A DNA stretch of 64,000 nt from Felis catus (Eukaryota), in assembly GCF_018350175.1 (NCBI RefSeq), contig NC_058368.1, forward strand, positions 37,202,001 to 37,266,000, given 5' to 3'. How positions within the stretch are numbered: position 1 is the first letter of the stretch; each line of letters starts with the position of its first letter. A program made the position numbers and the translations under genes. Of this stretch, positions 13,685 through 27,420 are shown piece after piece. The notes under the pieces are model-generated. The model saw only the letters and a list, made by a program, of their open reading frames with translations. It ran no database searches and had not been told where the DNA came from.

Positions 13685-15550
13685 GAGGACTACTTTTTAG
13701 AGCACTTCTAGGTGCAGAGCAAAATTGAATGGAAAGTACAGAGAGTTCCCATATGCTTCCTGACACAACATATGCACAGCCTCCTCCATTATCACCACCC
13801 TATACCAGAGTGGTACGCTTGTTATAATGGATGAACCTACACTGGCAAATTATTCTCCCCCAAAGTCCATAGTAAACATTAGGATTCAGTCTTGGTGTTC
13901 TATGGATGGATTTTGATAAATGTATATGATGTATGCAGTGTTACTGTACCACATAGAATAGTTTCACTGCTTTCAAAGTCCTCCGTGCTTCCCTATCTAT
14001 CTCTGTCTCCCTCCAACCCCTGGCAACCACTGATCTTTTAGGTGTTTCCATATTTATGCCATTTATGGAATGTCATATAATTGAAATCATATAGTGTGTT
14101 GGCTTTTCAGATTGGCTTAGTAATTTCACTTTTAGAGAGAGATAGAGAGTGAGCAGGGGAGGAGCAGAAAGAGAGGGAGACAGAATCCCAAGCAGACTCC
14201 GCAGCTGTCAGCACAGAGCCCGACACAGGTCTCCAACCCACAAACCGCGAGATCATGACCTGAGCTGAAACCAAGAGTTGGGTGCTTAACCGACTGAGCC
14301 CCCCAGGCACCTCAGTAATTTCACTTATTAATATGCATTTAAGTTTCCTCCATTTCTTTTCATGGTTTGATAGCTCATTTCTTTTTAGTGCTAAATAATA
14401 TGCCAGTGTCTGGATGTACCATGGTTTATTTACCCTTTCATAACCTGAAGGACATCTCAGTTTCTTCCAAAGTTTGGCAATTATGAATAAAGCTGCTACA
14501 AGCATCCCTGTGCAGATTTTTGTCTGTACATAAATTTTCAACTCCTTTAGGTAAATACTAAGGAGTATAATTACTGAAACATATGGTAAGAATGTGTTTA
14601 GTTTTGTAAGAAACCACCAAACTGCTTTCCAAAGTGGCTGTACCATTTTGTACTCCGACCAGTAATGAATGAGAGCTCCTGTTGCCCACATCCCCGCCAG
14701 CATGTGCTGTTACTGTTTTGGATTTTCTTCATTTTAATAAATGTGTACTAGTGCCTCATTGTTGTTTTAATTTACAATTTCTTAATGACATCTGGTGTCA
14801 AGTATCTTTGCATACACTTATTTGACATTTGCATGTTTTTTTGATGACGTGTCTGTTAAGATCTTTACCCATTTTTTAATCAGGTCATGTGTCTCGTGTG
14901 GAATTTTAAGAGTTCTTTGTATATTTTTGATAATTGCCATTTATCACATGTGTTTTGCAATTTTTTTCTCCCACTCTATTGCTTGTCTTTTTATTCTGTT
15001 GACAGTTTCATGGAGCAGAAGGTTGTTACTGTCATGAAGACCAGCTTATCAAGTATTTCTTTCATGGACTTTGCCTTTGGTTTTGTTTTTAAAAAATAAT
15101 TGTTACACCAGAAGTCATCTAGAATTTTCTCCTATGTTATGTTCTAGGAGTCTTATATGTTTTTTTTTTTAATTTTACATTTAAGTGTATGGTCTATTTT
15201 GATTGATTTTTGTGAATAGTATAAAGTCCGTGTTTAGACTCAGTTTTTTACATGTGGATGTCCACCTGTTCCATCACCACTTGGTGAAGAGACCATCTTT
15301 GTATCGTTATATTGTCTTCACTACTTTGTCAAAGATCAGTTGATTATATTTATGTGCATCTATTCCTGGGTCCTTTATTCTGTTCCATTGATCTATTTGT
15401 CTGTTGTTTCATTAATACCACATTATTATGATTACTGTAACTTTATAGTAAGTTTTGAATTCAAGTAGTGTCAGTCTTTCAACTTTGTTCTTTGCTTTCA
15501 GTATTGTTTGGCTATTCTGGTTCTTTTGCCTCACTATATAAACTTTAGTA
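13685..15550 (-). mobile_element. Old L1 (L1MC-like) 3' portion
   Basis: TTTTTAGAGCAC..GCAAAATTGAATGGAAAGTACAGAGAGTTCCC 3' UTR and ORF2 C-terminal peptides (VQPLWKAVW). Confidence 0.85.
14132..14313 (-). mobile_element. Can-SINE with almost no A-tail
   Basis: TSD AGTAATTTCACTT at 14119-14131 and 14314-14326. Confidence 0.95.
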
Positions 15551-17585
15551 CTTAGTAAATATAGAATATATTTTATTCAATAACTGAATATATAATTTCG
15601 TGAGCTTCTTTTTCACTTTATAGTTAATTCTCCTACTAATAAAAAATTATTCATTAGAGCAAGTTTCACCGCTGCATAAAAAGTATACCAGCATAGTTTA
15701 ATCCATGCTCATATTGTCAATGAACTGTCTTTCATATTTTTTAGTATTCAAAATATTCCTGAGATGAAAATTATGGTTCATAATCATTTTTCCTATTTTG
15801 TTAGTTCTTCAGATATTTTCCCCAAGTATAATTATCAAGTCAAAATGCTTGAAATAATTTTTAAAGCTCTTCATATGTATTGTAAAATTGCATCCTAGAA
15901 ATAATTATAACTCCCAGTAACAATGTGCATGTGACAGATATAATAGTGTCTGCCTCGTCATGTTCTCAATAGCGTGTTAGACACTTTGCTGTATAAATCT
16001 CATATTGTGTGTAGTAATAGAAGTTTCCTTCACTCACAAGGGTGAGGGTCTGGAAATGCTAATGAAGAAAATATTTCCCCAAATTTTCAAGGCAGAGAAA
16101 ATGCAAATAGTCTTATACTTCACATTTTAACAAACACTTATTTTATTCCATTTACCAATTTAGGATTTGATCAAGTGTTTTATTTTAATAAGAAAAACAG
16201 AATAAAAGATATTATCTTATACAAAGCACGGCACAACTTAATACAAAATAAAATGTCCCTTAATATTTGTTGAAAATTTTTACTATGCTAGGCATTTTTA
16301 ATTTATTTTCTAATTTAAAACTCCATTCCTTTAAAATGAGGGAGTAAGGGGTGGAGGGCCATGTATTTCTGTGATTCTCTTGTTCTCTCTTGCTTTTTTA
16401 CTCTCTTGTCACCAGAAAGAATGGAATGGCTTCTTTGGTAAAGTCGGTCATGCCTGGTTGGACATTTCTTTCTCAGGAATGAGGTCTAACTAGCATATGG
16501 TATATGATTCACTGTGTTCATTGCTGTACAATTTATAAGATCAGGCATGTGTGATAATCTCATCTTGTGGTTTCATGTGAAGAGGCCCATTCACTTGCTT
16601 ATAGACATAAATCACAATTGTGAAGATAAGTTTTACCTATAATAAGAGAGATATTTTGGTTTCCTTATGCTACTTTCTTCTATCTCTACTGATTGTGAGT
16701 TCATCTAGGAAAAAAAACTGTGTTATTTATTAGGCCCTTCTCACTCCACCAAAAGTAGGTTCTAATTTTAGCCTTGTTTTATAGTTTTAAAATATCTAGT
16801 TCATTATAGTTCAACACGTGAGAGACCAGGTAATTGATGAAACCAAAGTTTATAGTCAGGTTCTTCCTAATTGAAAAGACTATGCCTGTAAGCAGTTCAC
16901 TGTACTATCTCTTTTAAAAGAATATAATTTAATGATCAAGTTAGACACACAGACCAGACAAGTAAATGGAATGAACAATGACTGTCTTAGTGCCTTGGAG
17001 TCATGGATGTTTCCAGGATTGGGGAAATAAAAATCTTGTTCAGCTTAGAACATTGGAGTATACCTTAATAAATGTAAAATTTAGTGCATTCATTAAAGTC
17101 CCTTTTTGCATATTTAAAAGGAAATGAAGAATTTTCGTTGTTAATTTTACAGCAGCTTCTATGATACAAGTCAGATAAGTTATATCTACAACAGTGTGAA
17201 AGCACTCAGATGTTTGCTTGCTTTCTTTTGATCAAAGAGGAGTTTTCTTTTAGAATAGAAAGAAAGTTTATCTTGAGAATTGTTCAGAGTATTGGGAAAT
17301 GACTTTCTTTTAATGCGTAGTCTAAACGTGATTATTTTATGTAGGAATATTTACTGTAATGTATTATACCAAATAGCTCTATCATACTTACTCATCTATT
17401 TAATTATGCACATAAATATAGAAGAAAGGATCTCCCTGGTCCCTTCCAGCTCAAAAGTTCTATAAGTCTTTGATGGTCTTGGATTTTGGCTGAATATAAT
17501 TTTATTTCCTCTTTTATTTCTTTATTTCTACTTTTACCTAGACTTACTTCATTAATCTACCACAGCAGGCATGCTTTGGATGATT

Positions 17586-17610
17586 ATCTATCTATCTATC
17601 TATCTATCTA
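17586..17610. repeat. (TCTA)n microsatellite
   Basis: Tandem TCTA copies. Confidence 0.85.
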
Positions 17611-18039
17611 TATGTATTTTTATGTAAGGCTCAATATTTTTATATATATTACCTTATTCAATAAAACATTGACATTAGTTCATACAATCTATTTCATCAT
17701 TTCAGATTTTCATTTTAGTTAGTATTCTTCCTACTCCTAATTCCTTAATCCTCTCTTAGCTCCCTAATTACAAAGTTAGATAGTTTATAAGCAGGCCTGA
17801 GTTTCCAAATCAATGTTTGGTCATATTTTAATTTTAATGTAAACATTATCTTCGACATGTTTCTGACAAGTTCTGTTATACAAATATGATATGTGGCTGG
17901 ACAACCATGTGTTATTAGACCCAACTTTATACCTTCTGCTGAAGAATTTTCTTTAGAAAGCATTTATATCCCAAGGCCATCCCATAATGTGGAAAAAAAT
18001 GTAAAATCATCTTCACAGCTTAGGACAACTTCATGAAGG

Positions 18040-18260
18040 AGCCTGGTGTCATGAAAAACATGTGGGTTTTATAGTTAGGGACATCTAGATTATGAGATGT
18101 GTGATCTTGGAAAAATTGCTTAACTTTGTTAATCTACAGCTGTACCACTCATAGAATAGAGATGACTATACCTACTTTGAAAAACCATTGAAAAGATTTT
18201 TAGACACTCTATGCCAGATGTTTGGCATTTAGTTATTGCCTAACAAATTAAAATACTACT
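18040..18260 (+). mobile_element. MIR
   Basis: TGTGTGATCTTGGAAAAATTGCTTAAC core-like motif. Confidence 0.6.
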
Positions 18261-19399
18261 TATTCTCTAAAGTCCTCGAGATGTCATATACTCAGTACCT
18301 GTCGGCAGGCATATGTCTGAGGCAAGAGGAGGTAGCCAAGAAGCTTTTGTAATACCTCAGCTCTCTTTCTTCATTAATCTAAAGTCTTTTGCTGGTGTAT
18401 GATTTCGCTTATCTCTGGGGTGCTGCAGTTTTTCTCTGTAAGGAATGATGTTTAACATCAGTTAGATAAATGCCTTGCGGTACCTTAAGCTAATCCATTC
18501 CTTCTCTTTTGTGCTTTCTCTTTACTAACAATATTAGACAGTTTTCCACTTGATAACAATTTATGCATCTCAGTGTTTCAGATTTCCTGCTGCTCCTGAA
18601 GAACATGTACATAATTTACTCCCATAGTAGCAAATACACGTGGACAGAAGGAGTATTCTTGCCAATGGAGATGGGCTAAAACTAAAGAAAGAAACTTTTT
18701 TTTTTCTTTCTCTAAACACATTGAAGTGCTACAATTATATGATCTCCACCAAGGAATTACAGAGGAAATAAACATTACTCCTATGAGGTAGTTGAAATTT
18801 CTGTACTAGTGTAAGAAGTTTCAATTCGTTTGCAATAGCCTAGATAGAGTGCTTTCGTAGGATATTTTTAATATCTAGAGTTGTCAGCATCAGAAATGTG
18901 ATTATGACATGTTTATTTTAACACTTCCTTCTAATTTCTGCTTGGGTAAACAATTCACTTGAATGAAGTTAATAAATAATTCAGTTGTTTGACATTCAAT
19001 TAGCCATATAATTTTTTTCATTTTGTTTTTCTTACTTCTCACCTGTTATTTGAAGTGTGTGTCATCATTGACTCTCATTATTTATTCCCACATGCAGTGT
19101 AGTCACAATACCATGATTTACTTGTTTTCTAAAGTTCTCCCATTGCAAAATAATATAAATCATTTTTTTTAAAAATAAAGGATCTAATTGTGTACAAGTG
19201 CAAAAAGGACTTATGTTGTTACTTTTAATTCTATAGATGAATTTTCAATTTTAGCGAATTTGATTTATTATCCCTTTCTTAGAATTGTTTTGATTAAATA
19301 TTAAATTGAGACATAAAAAGCTTATAAAATATGTAGAAGGCATAGAAAATAGATACAAATTAGGAGATAGAATGCAGCTATTAGCCTTGAAGTCTCCTG

Positions 19400-19830
19400 C
19401 AAATACCTTCCATTTTGCTTCCCTATATTCAATAGACAAACCTACATCAAACTTTGTATTTATTAACTTTCTCTACTTGATAATTATAACACGAATCTTT
19501 CATTTCTCCAATATATTTGCTTATGTTGATTTTGAACTTTACATTAATGGAGTCATATTATGTATGTTCCTTTACAATTGGCTTTTCTTTCCTCAATAAT
19601 ATTTTCCTAAGAGCTATCTGTTCTGTGGCATTCCCCCATGCAGAGGCAATTCTAGCAGACAATAGCCACTGAGTTTGATTGTGACAATAAGTTTACTAAA
19701 TGGATATACCACAACTTATGTATCCATTCTGTGGTGATGGTCATTTAACTTGTTTTCCATTTTTGTTTTGAGTTCTTTTGGTTTTGCTATCACAACCAAT
19801 ACTGTTATGAACATTGCTCTATATGATATG
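19400..19830 (-). mobile_element. Ancient L1 (L1ME-like) fragments
   Basis: TTGAACTTTACATTAATGGAGTCATA and GGATATACCACAACTTATGTATCCATTC motifs. Confidence 0.6.
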
Positions 19831-20149
19831 ACATATACAGGCTGTACGTTCCGTCTGTATCTCTTACTGTAGTAGCTCTATTCGTTATTTCTCTATTGTT
19901 TCTATTATTTCTCTCTCTTCATTATCTCTCTATTCATTATTTCTGCAACCGAGTAGTGGAAGGAAAGTACCTAAATCATAGGGGTGCTAGAGGGAATAAA
20001 TGAGATAATAAAAAAGCATTTAATAGGTTATTGAATGCTGTGTAAGTATGAATGATCCTGATGTTTTCTGAACCACATGTACAAGAGAATATATATCTTG
20101 GAGTGGAATTTCTGGGTTATAATATAAAATGCACCTTAAATTACACCAT

Positions 20150-20575
20150 GGTCAATTGTGAGTAGTCTTCTATTCTCTACTGTCCCTTCTTCCCTAGTGA
20201 TGCCATTTTAGATGGGAACATGATGGTCTACCTGAAGGCTGAATTTCATGGACTCTTTGCGACTATGTAAGAGCTATGTCATTAAGTTCTTGCCTGTGGA
20301 ATGTCCCAAGAAATGGATTCCCTCCTTCTTCTTGTCCTCGAAAAGATTCATAAACGCTCTTTTTGTACCTTCCCCTTTTTCATTTGTGAAGGAATATTAA
20401 AATTAGAGCAAATGCCTTGGAGCTGGAGATGAAAGCCACACATTGAAGGTGTCAGAACTACTTTACTAGTCCTGTTCTAATACCTGAGAGAAATACACTT
20501 TTCTCTTTTCTCAGGCACTAATTTGGGGGCATCTTTTTTTTTTCAGCAGCTATGCCTGTAGCCTAATGAATCAAT
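20150..20575 (+). mobile_element. MaLR LTR (MLT1-like)
   Basis: TAAGTTCTTGCCTGTGGAATG, GAAAGCCACACATTGAAG and TGAGAGAAATACACTT motifs. Confidence 0.6.
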
Positions 20576-20599
20576 ATGAAGTTGACAAAAGGAGAAAAT

Positions 20600-21500
20600 A
20601 ATCAAGCTTTTTTTCAGATGTTTACTTAGGGTTTGTTGGCAGTCAGGAGCAACATTATAGCTGTGTGGGGTAGTGGGGAAGGAAATCCTTCTAAGCCATA
20701 AGTAAATTTTGCTTAGAAGGAGAGATAATCAGAGGTAAAACTCTGAACCAATTAATGACCACTAGTTAACAATTTGGTCAAATTTTCCTACAAATAAAGG
20801 AAAGGTATTAGAGAGTTGGAGGTGGTTGAAGGTGAGAAGTATACGCTTGGATCTCTTGGAATTCACTCAAATTGTGACAATAGCTGTGACCCACAAAATG
20901 TTCACCAAAGAGCTTTCACCGCAGAAGATGGTGTCAGTGATCCGGTGGACAAAGTCACTCATTATGCAACTGTCAGGCAACTTGTGCCAATCACCCTAGC
21001 GCATGCACAATAGTCTCTTAGGCTAAGTGGCTATGGCATCAAGATGCAGGTGATATATGAATTAAGCAACTTGGGTTTTCCCTCTTTGATGCTGATCTGG
21101 CTACTGCTATTGCAAAGACTTCCAAATCAACAAAGACAAGATAGCCCCCATTATAGCATTAGATCTGGGGAGGACCAGCCAAATGCTTGCTGGTGAAAGA
21201 CTGACTTCACTGTTCCCCTTCTGTAAGGGAGGAGGCAATGATATATCCCCCTCGGAATAGACACTAACTATAGCTATGGACTTTTTTCCATGTCCTACTT
21301 CTGACAGAATCACTATGGTTCAACTTCCTGAATTCTGTATTTACTGAAACAGATTCCCTCAAAAGGTTCCTCTCACAATAGAACTATCTTACAAAGAAAG
21401 TGGTGAGGCAATGGGATTCAGTGTTCTTGTGCCCTGCCACCCGTGGTAGCTGAACTGATACAAAAGTGGGAGTCCTTCTAAAACCTCATTTATAGTGCCA
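20600..21500 (+). mobile_element. ERVL/MaLR internal remnant (RNase H end and integrase)
   Basis: Decayed NVHQR..AE..VD, ADLATA, GEDQP..W and GIDT..YG, in the order of ERVL integrase. Confidence 0.7.
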
Positions 21501-21899
21501 GGTGAGAATGAGCACATTTTCTTATAAGCGTATACTGACTTTTATCAAATACTTTGAATTTCATCTGATTTTATCTGTCTTTTTTTGGTATCTATTGAGA
21601 AGGTCATATAATTTTGTTCTTTCATCTTTTAATGAAGTGCATTACTACTATTGATTTTTCTCAAGTGAAACCAACTTTTTTCCTGTCTGAACCCAACTTC
21701 ATTATACATTACTTCATTATTTTATGTATTCATTATATTATCTTCATTATACATTACTCATTTCAATTTGCTAAGTATTTCCTTTTGAATTAGGGGTATT
21801 TGAGGGGAATAGGACCAGAAGGTACAATCTCCAAATACTTCAGGCAAAACACACCAAAATGAAAGATGAATTGGAGAGACATAAAAGAGGTAGGAACTT

Positions 21900-22200
21900 A
21901 AATATTGGTGAGAAGTTGGAGGTGGGAGACAAGTAACAGTGAAGACTAAGTGTAGGATGACTTAGGTAATTGGGTAAATGTTGTCAGCAGCAACAAGCTC
22001 AAGAGGAATAAATTTTGGTGGAGAGAAAATGTATTCTGTTATGTACACACTGATTTGGTGTATCTGTAGGATATCCAGATAGAGAATTCAATTAAACAAA
22101 TGGATAAACTGGTGGGGTTAAGAGAGAGGTTTTGGCTGATAGGTAGATGTGGGAACCAATAGACTATATATGGAAATAAAAACTCTGATAATGGATAAGG
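21900..22200 (-). mobile_element. L2 fragment
   Basis: Purine-rich L2-like motifs such as GAGAGGTTTTGGCTGATAGGTAGATGTGGGA. Confidence 0.55.
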
Positions 22201-22221
22201 TAATAAGAGAGAATAGGGGTT

Positions 22222-22425
22222 GGGGCTTCTGGGTGCCTCAGTTGGTTAAGCATCTGACTTTGGCTCAGGTCATGATCTCATGGTTTGTGAGTCCTGTGTC
22301 AGGCTCTCTCTCAAAAAATAAAATAAATAAAATAAAATAAAATAAAATAAAATAAAATAAAATAGAAGAAGGAGAAGGAGGAGAAGGAGAAGGAGGAAGA
22401 GGAGGAGGAGGAGAAGAAGAAGAAA
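22222..22425 (+). mobile_element. Internally deleted Can-SINE with (AAAAT)n and (GAA/GGA)n tail
   Basis: TSD AGAATAGGGGT at 22210-22220 and 22426-22436. Confidence 0.85.
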
Positions 22426-22431
22426 AGAATA

Positions 22432-22580
22432 GGGGTGCCTAGGTAGCTCGGTCAGTTAGGTGTCTGACTCCTGATTTTGGCGCAGGTCATGATCTCTCTG
22501 GTTCATGAGATTGAGCCCAGGATCAGGCTCTGAGCCTGCCTGGGATTCTCTCTCTCTCCCTCTCTCTCTGCCTCTCCCCT

Positions 22581-22625
<45 letters not shown>

Positions 22626-22665
22626 AATTAAATAAATAAACTTTAAAAAATAAAAGTAAATTAAA
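22432..22665 (+). mobile_element. Can-SINE
   Basis: Long (CT)n tract. Outer TSD AAGAGAGAATA at 22205-22215 and 22666-22676. Confidence 0.92.
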
Positions 22666-22829
22666 AAGAGAGAATATAACATTGGAAAATAAAATGGCAA
22701 AACACTCACAAGTTCAGGAAAAACAAGGGAAATAAATACTTTGAGATAACTATCTACTTTTGCCACACAGAAAAAGAGTGGGTTTATTCTCGTGCAGCTT
22801 GTGTCTTGTTTTAGAATGATAGAGTCTTT

Positions 22830-23105
22830 GTGCTGAGTGAAATAAGTCAGTCAGAGAAGGATAGATATCATAAGTTTTCACTCATATGTGGATCTTGAGA
22901 AACTTAACAGAAGACCATAGGGGAAGGGAAGGGGAAAAAAAGAAACAGGGAAGCAAAGCACAAGAGACTCTTAGAGAACAAACTGAGGGTGGACGGGTGG
23001 CGGGGGTGCGGAGAGGGAAAATGGGTGATGGGCATTGAGGAGGGCACTTGTTGTGATGAGCATTGGGTGTTACAATAAATTATATTTAAAAATATAAAAT
23101 AAATT
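22830..23105 (+). mobile_element. Short felid L1 3' end
   Basis: TGCTGAGTGAAATAAGTCAGTCAGAGAA..GGGCATTGAGGAGGGCACTTG, then AATAAA. Confidence 0.88.
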
Positions 23106-24824
23106 ACTTTTTAAATTTCAAAACAGAGTATTTACATCATTTATGTACTGAAGAAAAATACTTGGGAGAGAAAGAAGATTTGAAAGCATGGGAGCAAGAA
23201 TGTAGTTTCAAAAGCAAGTCTGAGGAGAAGATTGTAAAATGGATCTAGATAAATATAGGAAACAGCTTGAACAAAGAGAGAAAAACTTTGTTTATACTTC
23301 TGATAAGGAGGAAATGATGCTATAAATATAAGTAAGTTGATTGAGAGAGAAGTGAGAATCTGATATTTTCAGTTTTCTCTCTGAGGTAAAATGTGAGGTG
23401 ACTTACTGAGCTAGAACAAGATGTGATGTGATAGTGATACCAGAAATCTTTAGATTTTAACATTGTGCTTAACTGTGTGAATATTTTTCAGCAACTCATC
23501 AGCTAAAGTGTAGAGGGTTGTCATACAGCTTCTATTTTCTTAACACGACCTGCTTTTTAGATAAGTAGCACATGGAATAAATGATTTATCAACACGTTAA
23601 ATTGCCAGAGTTGCTGTGTGTGGGCAAAAGGGAACAAATCCTACAAGTTGAGGAAAACACAACTTGTAATTTTGAATAAGCTCCTTTCGTGGTTTGAATT
23701 TCTTCTAATTTGAAAACTACAACCTGAGGACTTAAAGGGGTTAAATAAACAAGACTTTCTGACGTAAGCATTGGGTTTATTTTCAGGTAGAATCAAGTGA
23801 GGAGTGGATTGCGGTGGGAAAAGTTGTGTTGGGCAGCCTCTGATCCACTTGACCGGAGGACAGATGTACGTAGGAAGTCCATCACAGTTGTCACACGATT
23901 GAATTACTCAGTAAATGCTAACACTCAGCTATTGCACAGGGTCATAATAGTTTTAAGAGTGGAAGCTCCCAAAGAATTTTCACCAGAGAAACGATTTCCT
24001 AATTGGAAGAAATTCAAAGACTTTTTCAGACATAGATGATAGTATGATGATTGGTACTAAAGAAGGCTAAGCACCTTCAATTTTTAAAAGATAATTACAA
24101 TTAAAAAAAAAACTCTTTGTGCATTTCAAAAGTGAGTTGTGTTACACAATCAGAGCTCAAGAAATATAGATATAAATCCAGACAATTGACCACCTTCATT
24201 TGCATAGGGCCAGTGAGAGATATAATTTCAATTTCACAAACTCCTGACTAGAGGAATAATACCTAATATTATCCTGAAGTGCCTAAATAACTAAATTTCT
24301 GTTGGCATACAGAGTGTAGAGTAAAATGTCAAAGTTTGATTTTCATAAAAGAAACAGAGAGAGAATTGGAAGTTGACAGGAGTTTTGGAAAAACAGGAAG
24401 GCAATGAAGTGAAGGATAGAGAAAGGGAGAAAGGAATGAGATGGTCCTTTATGTTACACATCAGTCTGGCCTAATGGAAGGAAGGTTTAACTTGGAATTA
24501 AAAAGGCTTAATTTACATCCTATTTCTAACTGTGACCTTAAACATTTTGCCATTTTAAACTTGCATTGTATCATTTGTATATTAGAGGAAATGATATTTG
24601 TTGTGTTTCCTCAAAGGACAGGTGCTAGCATCACGGATCAGTAACGAATCATTGACAGACTTTTCTCTTCGCTATGTGTGGTCTCTAGGACTTTCCAAGA
24701 ATTTCTGGTCAAACCGAGCAACTTACTTTATCTGCACATCTGTAGAATGTAAAGAACCTTTGATCTACCTGCACCAGAAGGGCAGTCTAATCAATCTGAG
24801 TAAGATTTCTTCAGAAAAAAAACC

Positions 24825-25011
24825 CTTTTTTTTGAGAGAGAGAGAGACAGAGAGTGTGAGCAGGAGGGGCAGAGAGAGATGGAAGGAGAGAGAGAATCCA
24901 AAGTAGGCTCTGTTCATTGACCACAGGACTGGAACCCATGACACTATGAGATCATGGCCTGAACTGAAATCAAGAGCCGGACACTTAACCAACTGACCCA
25001 CCCAGGCGCCC
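24825..25011 (-). mobile_element. Can-SINE
   Basis: Ends CCACCCAGGCGCCC. TTCTTCAGA occurs on both flanks. Confidence 0.93.
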
Positions 25012-25136
25012 TTTTCTTCAGATAGTTCTGATTGATAGAAACAATCTGAAATCCTTGATCAGAAAGAACAGTCCTATTCTCCCATGGCTGTTCTATACTA
25101 TAGCTAGATGCTTCCTGACGCTAAGGTTCTATTTAT

Positions 25137-25160
25137 GAAGCTGGGTTTCAGTCACAATCA
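25137..25160. repeat. (TCAA)n microsatellite
   Basis: Tandem copies. Confidence 0.85.
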
Positions 25161-27204
25161 ATCAATCAATCAATCAATCATTTGAGTTTCTTTCTCATGC
25201 TCCTGGAAGCTCTGCTTTCTTTGAGCACATGGCCAGTGTTTGGGCTTTCATTTTGTCTACACATTTAGTTGTGAACACTGCTTCATATTTGTTAGGCTTT
25301 GTTACACGTTTTGTTAGGACAACTGTGCTCAGGACCCTACCCTCCTAAAATCTCTCTCTTGACCGTCTTGCCCCGTCAAGATGCTTTCCTAATTTCTTTT
25401 ATTTTGTAGAACATTCAATAAATTCAAACCCTGATCTAGACATGCTTTCCTAGAAGAAAGATGACTCTGGTATCAAAAAGTCTAATAGATAATTATAGTC
25501 TAAAAATATCAATCCTTACATAAATAGCTCACTACATATATACTTAACAGTATATTGTAAAATTTGAGAAAATAATTGAAGTCTCCTGACAATCTATTAA
25601 TAAATATTGTATATATTCCTAAATCAAAGATCGAAGCTCACATTTGACGTTTTCATTTCAGTTCTCTGTTCTTAGTCACCACATATGCACACACATATAT
25701 ATGCTTATATGTGCATATATTATATACAGATGTTTGTGTATATACACATGCATGCACAAATACACACACACATATACATTGCTATTGCTGACCATATATT
25801 ATTTCTGAATTTGTTCTAAATAGTGTAAACAAAGTTCGAGTGTTCTTTTAAATTTATTGCTACACTTGATAGTAATTTTAAGAGTCAGCTCACAGAACAT
25901 TTTGTAACTCAAAGAATATTTACCTGATTATACTGGAAGGATCTGTTTTTAGCAGACATTACTTTTTTGCAGCCAGCCTTCCCCAGTATCAGCGGCCCTG
26001 TCAGCTTCTGTGATCATTCCAAGCTTCTCTGCATGGCCAAGTAGCTAGGTAGGTCATTTGTCACAGAACATAAAGGAAACAATTCACCACTTTTGAAGTG
26101 GGAAATCCAAACGTACCAGCCTGTCAGTAATTCTCGCTATAATTCCATCTTTGCATAATCAGGGAGATTAGCTGCCAGCAGTCTGCTCATGTGCAAAAGT
26201 ACAGCAGCATCTTGGAGTTAGTTTTCCATGTACGTCCATAAATTTTTATGAGGGGTGTATGTTCTGATCAGCAAAACGCATTTAAAGAAAAAATCAGGTA
26301 TTCTTTTAAAAAGTAAATGAATTTTACTTTTTAATGATAACAGTGATAGCAACAGACTATTTTGAAGGACATCATTCTAGTGAAGGATTTTGTCCCAATT
26401 TGAGGCCACGTTCTGGATTTTGAAAGATGGCTGGGACCAATGCAGATAAACTACCAAGTCCATTTCACCTCCTAGTCTGCCAAAGTACGTAGCGAGAAAG
26501 TACAGAAAGTACATAGCGACAGGAGTTACTTGGTGCTTAATTTACTTGATATGAACAAGTTTCCCTTTTGAAATGACTTCAATATGTATCAAACCACATT
26601 AAACATGCCTACTTTAAGGCAGAATTTTTTTTTTCTGTCCTGCATTTTAATTGGAAGGTATGTAATCAAACAAAGAAAGGTCCTTCAAGAAATCTGAAGT
26701 AAATAACAGTGTGATACCATCAATTTCTTAGAAATAATGTACAACCTGTGATTACTTTTTTAATCTCAGCAGTGCCAAATTCCATACATAATAACCTTTC
26801 AGCCATAGTGCAGTTCATAGAAATCAATCAAATCAATCAAATGAAAAGTGGATTCAACACACAAATCTGAATGGAATTGCTTAAAATAAAAGCATCAAGC
26901 TTTTAAAAAATGCATTTTCAAATAATCCGCATTCCTACTTTTGCTACTTGTAGTGGAGACAATTTTAACAAAGAAATTCTCCATGAATTCAAGTTCCCCA
27001 ATGTATTTTTAAATCAAAAATGAAAATTTTTGTGGAATACAACAAAAAAATCATTTTAAAATAAATATGAAGAGAATGAGAGTCCCCACTTACTTTTCTG
27101 CCTCCTCAAATAACCTTGTCCCTATTTGGAAAGGTCCTTTGGTTTTGGTTTTGTTTACGATTCCTGGCCTTAAAGTCTATGCAGACAAATAAAGTCAAAT
27201 TTAC

Positions 27205-27420
27205 TTTTTATTTTTTAAATTTTTTTCCTTGGAGCATTATTGGCACACAATGTTACATTAGTTTTAGGTATACAGCCTAGCGATTCAGCATCTCTGTACG
27301 TTATGCTGTTCTCACCACAAACGTCGCTACAATCTGTCACCTTACAACACTATTCTAATATTACTATTACAATATCATGGACTATATTCTCTATGCTGTG
27401 CTTTTTATTTCCATGATTTA
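27205..27420 (-). mobile_element. Carnivore L1 3' UTR fragment
   Basis: T-tract followed by CACAATGTTACATTAGTTTTAGGTATACAGC. Confidence 0.75.
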
